Part shown: one piece after another, positions 63,091 to 64,000 of the stretch | How positions within the stretch are numbered: the stretch's first letter is position 1 | Layout: each line of letters opens with the position of its first letter | Source of the DNA: an uncultured Chloroflexia bacterium | GTDB taxonomy: Bacteria; Chloroflexota; Anaerolineae; CG2-30-64-16 | NCBI GenBank assembly: GCA_963774265.1 | Contig: CAVZDU010000008.1 | Span: 32,001-96,000, forward strand | Reading direction: 5' to 3' | DNA: 64,000 nt | Translations under genes and position numbers: made by a program | Notes under the pieces: model-generated | What the model was told of the DNA's origin: nothing | Seen by the model: only the letters and a program-made list of their open reading frames with translations | Databases searched by the model: none

Positions 63091-63591
63091 TCAGATGAAG
63101 AGGAACTGCGCGCCTTCGGTCATGTCCATGAAGTCGCCCGCGGTCACGATATCGATGACGCCGTCGACAAAGTCTTCCTTCTTCAGGCCCATCATGTCCA
63201 CGCTCATCTTGCACGCATAGAGCTTAGCCCCGCCGTCCACCAGCATCTGGAGGTACTCGTTTACCGGCGGTGCGCCGACGGCGGCCATCTTCTTCTTCAT
63301 GAACCATGTGGTGAACCTGGTCATACCGGGTAGAATGCTCACGATGTTCGGGATGCCCAGGTTGCCGGTCGGCAGCCCCATCATCTTCATCTTCAAGCTG
63401 GTGTTGCCCACTGGCGCCAGCTCAAGCCGCCAGTGCCGCGTCTTGGTGATCATATCCATGCCCCAGAAGGTGAAGAAGATGGTCACGTCGATGCCATTGC
63501 CCAACGCGGCCCACCCCATTATCAGCGCGGGGTATGCCATATCGAGATCGCCCTTAGAACAGATGAAGGCGACCTTTCGCTCGTCAGCCAT
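63091..63591 (-). CDS. DsrE/DsrF/DrsH-like (DsrE2-type) sulfur carrier protein
   Basis: SKGDLDMAYP, IFFTFWG, LYACKMSVDMMG. Confidence 0.88.
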   Translation of the reverse strand: MADERKVAFICSKGDLDMAYPALIMGWAALGNGIDVTIFFTFWGMDMITKTRHWRLELAPVGNTSLKMKMMGLPTGNLGIPNIVSILPGMTRFTTWFMKKKMAAVGAPPVNEYLQMLVDGGAKLYACKMSVDMMGLKKEDFVDGVIDIVTAGDFMDMTEGAQFLFI

Positions 63592-63615
63592 GAGAATTCT
63601 CCTTATCATGCGGGA

Positions 63616-63645
63616 AACCTAAAGGTTTTGGAAGCCCTTTAGGTT
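63616..63645. repeat. REP-like hairpin
   Basis: AACCTAAAGG-TTTTGGAAGC-CCTTTAGGTT. Confidence 0.65.
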
Positions 63646-63652
63646 GGGTCCA

Positions 63653-63973
63653 TCAAACGCAGCCTTCGGGTTTGCCGAGGCCAGCGATGCGGGCGACCTT
63701 CTTGGCCGGCCCCTTGGGGAACAGGCCGAACAGTTCCTTAGTCTGGACGCCGGTGCCGGTGGTAATCTGGCGCAGCGTAGGAGACTTGCCACCCAGGCCC
63801 TTCGAGGCCTCACGACAGAAGTCGATGACCTTCCAATGATTAGCGGTCAGTTCCGCCAGGCCCTCGTCCTTGGCGATCTCGGCCGCAATGTCCTTGTTCC
63901 ACTCACTCGGGTCGGTCAGGAAGCCTTCATCGTTGACCTGGACGGTCTTGCCGGCAATAGTGCGGGTAGCCAT
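63653..63973 (-). CDS. TusE/DsrC-family sulfur relay protein (single C-terminal Cys)
   Basis: EGFLTDPSEW, ELT..HWKVI, LFPKGP.K...IAGLGKPEGCV. Confidence 0.9.
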   Translation of the reverse strand: MATRTIAGKTVQVNDEGFLTDPSEWNKDIAAEIAKDEGLAELTANHWKVIDFCREASKGLGGKSPTLRQITTGTGVQTKELFGLFPKGPAKKVARIAGLGKPEGCV

Positions 63974-64000
63974 GTTTTTCTTGCTCCTTTGGTCTAACTT

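Overview
GC-rich bacterial chromosomal segment. Chloroflexota/Anaerolineae is my inference from the Ala/Pro-linker lipoproteins, LuxR-Kelch protein and repeat types; it is not proven. I found no rRNA, tRNA, CRISPR array or intact mobile element. Many genes are split by 1-bp indels, most likely long-read consensus errors, concentrated at about 24.9-45.6 kb and 55.6-56.9 kb. Layout: (1) 1-9.7 kb mixed housekeeping genes, including a XerD-like protein lacking its catalytic residues behind a palindromic promoter. (2) 9.8-20 kb minus-strand ABC importer with amino-sugar-type catabolic enzymes. (3) An amidase and a trypsin-like protease fused to an EEP nuclease. (4) 24.1-49.8 kb, the main discovery candidate: a roughly 25-kb sugar-catabolic bacterial microcompartment (BMC) locus. 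It has a full shell set (2 BMC-H, BMC-T, BMC-P) but no aldehyde dehydrogenase, PduL or glycyl-radical enzyme. Instead the shell genes are flanked by a fused TPP-dependent E1 alpha/beta, an E2, an extended KGPDC/HPS-family enzyme and a PanB paralog with a remodelled active site. Downstream are an ABC importer with an internally duplicated binding protein, UlaE/AraD-like epimerases, two FGGY kinases, URO-D-like proteins and a SorC regulator. (5) An ilv-leu-cimA operon with a Leu/Val/Ile leader-peptide attenuator. (6) An aspC-type aminotransferase and DsrE/TusE sulfur-relay genes.
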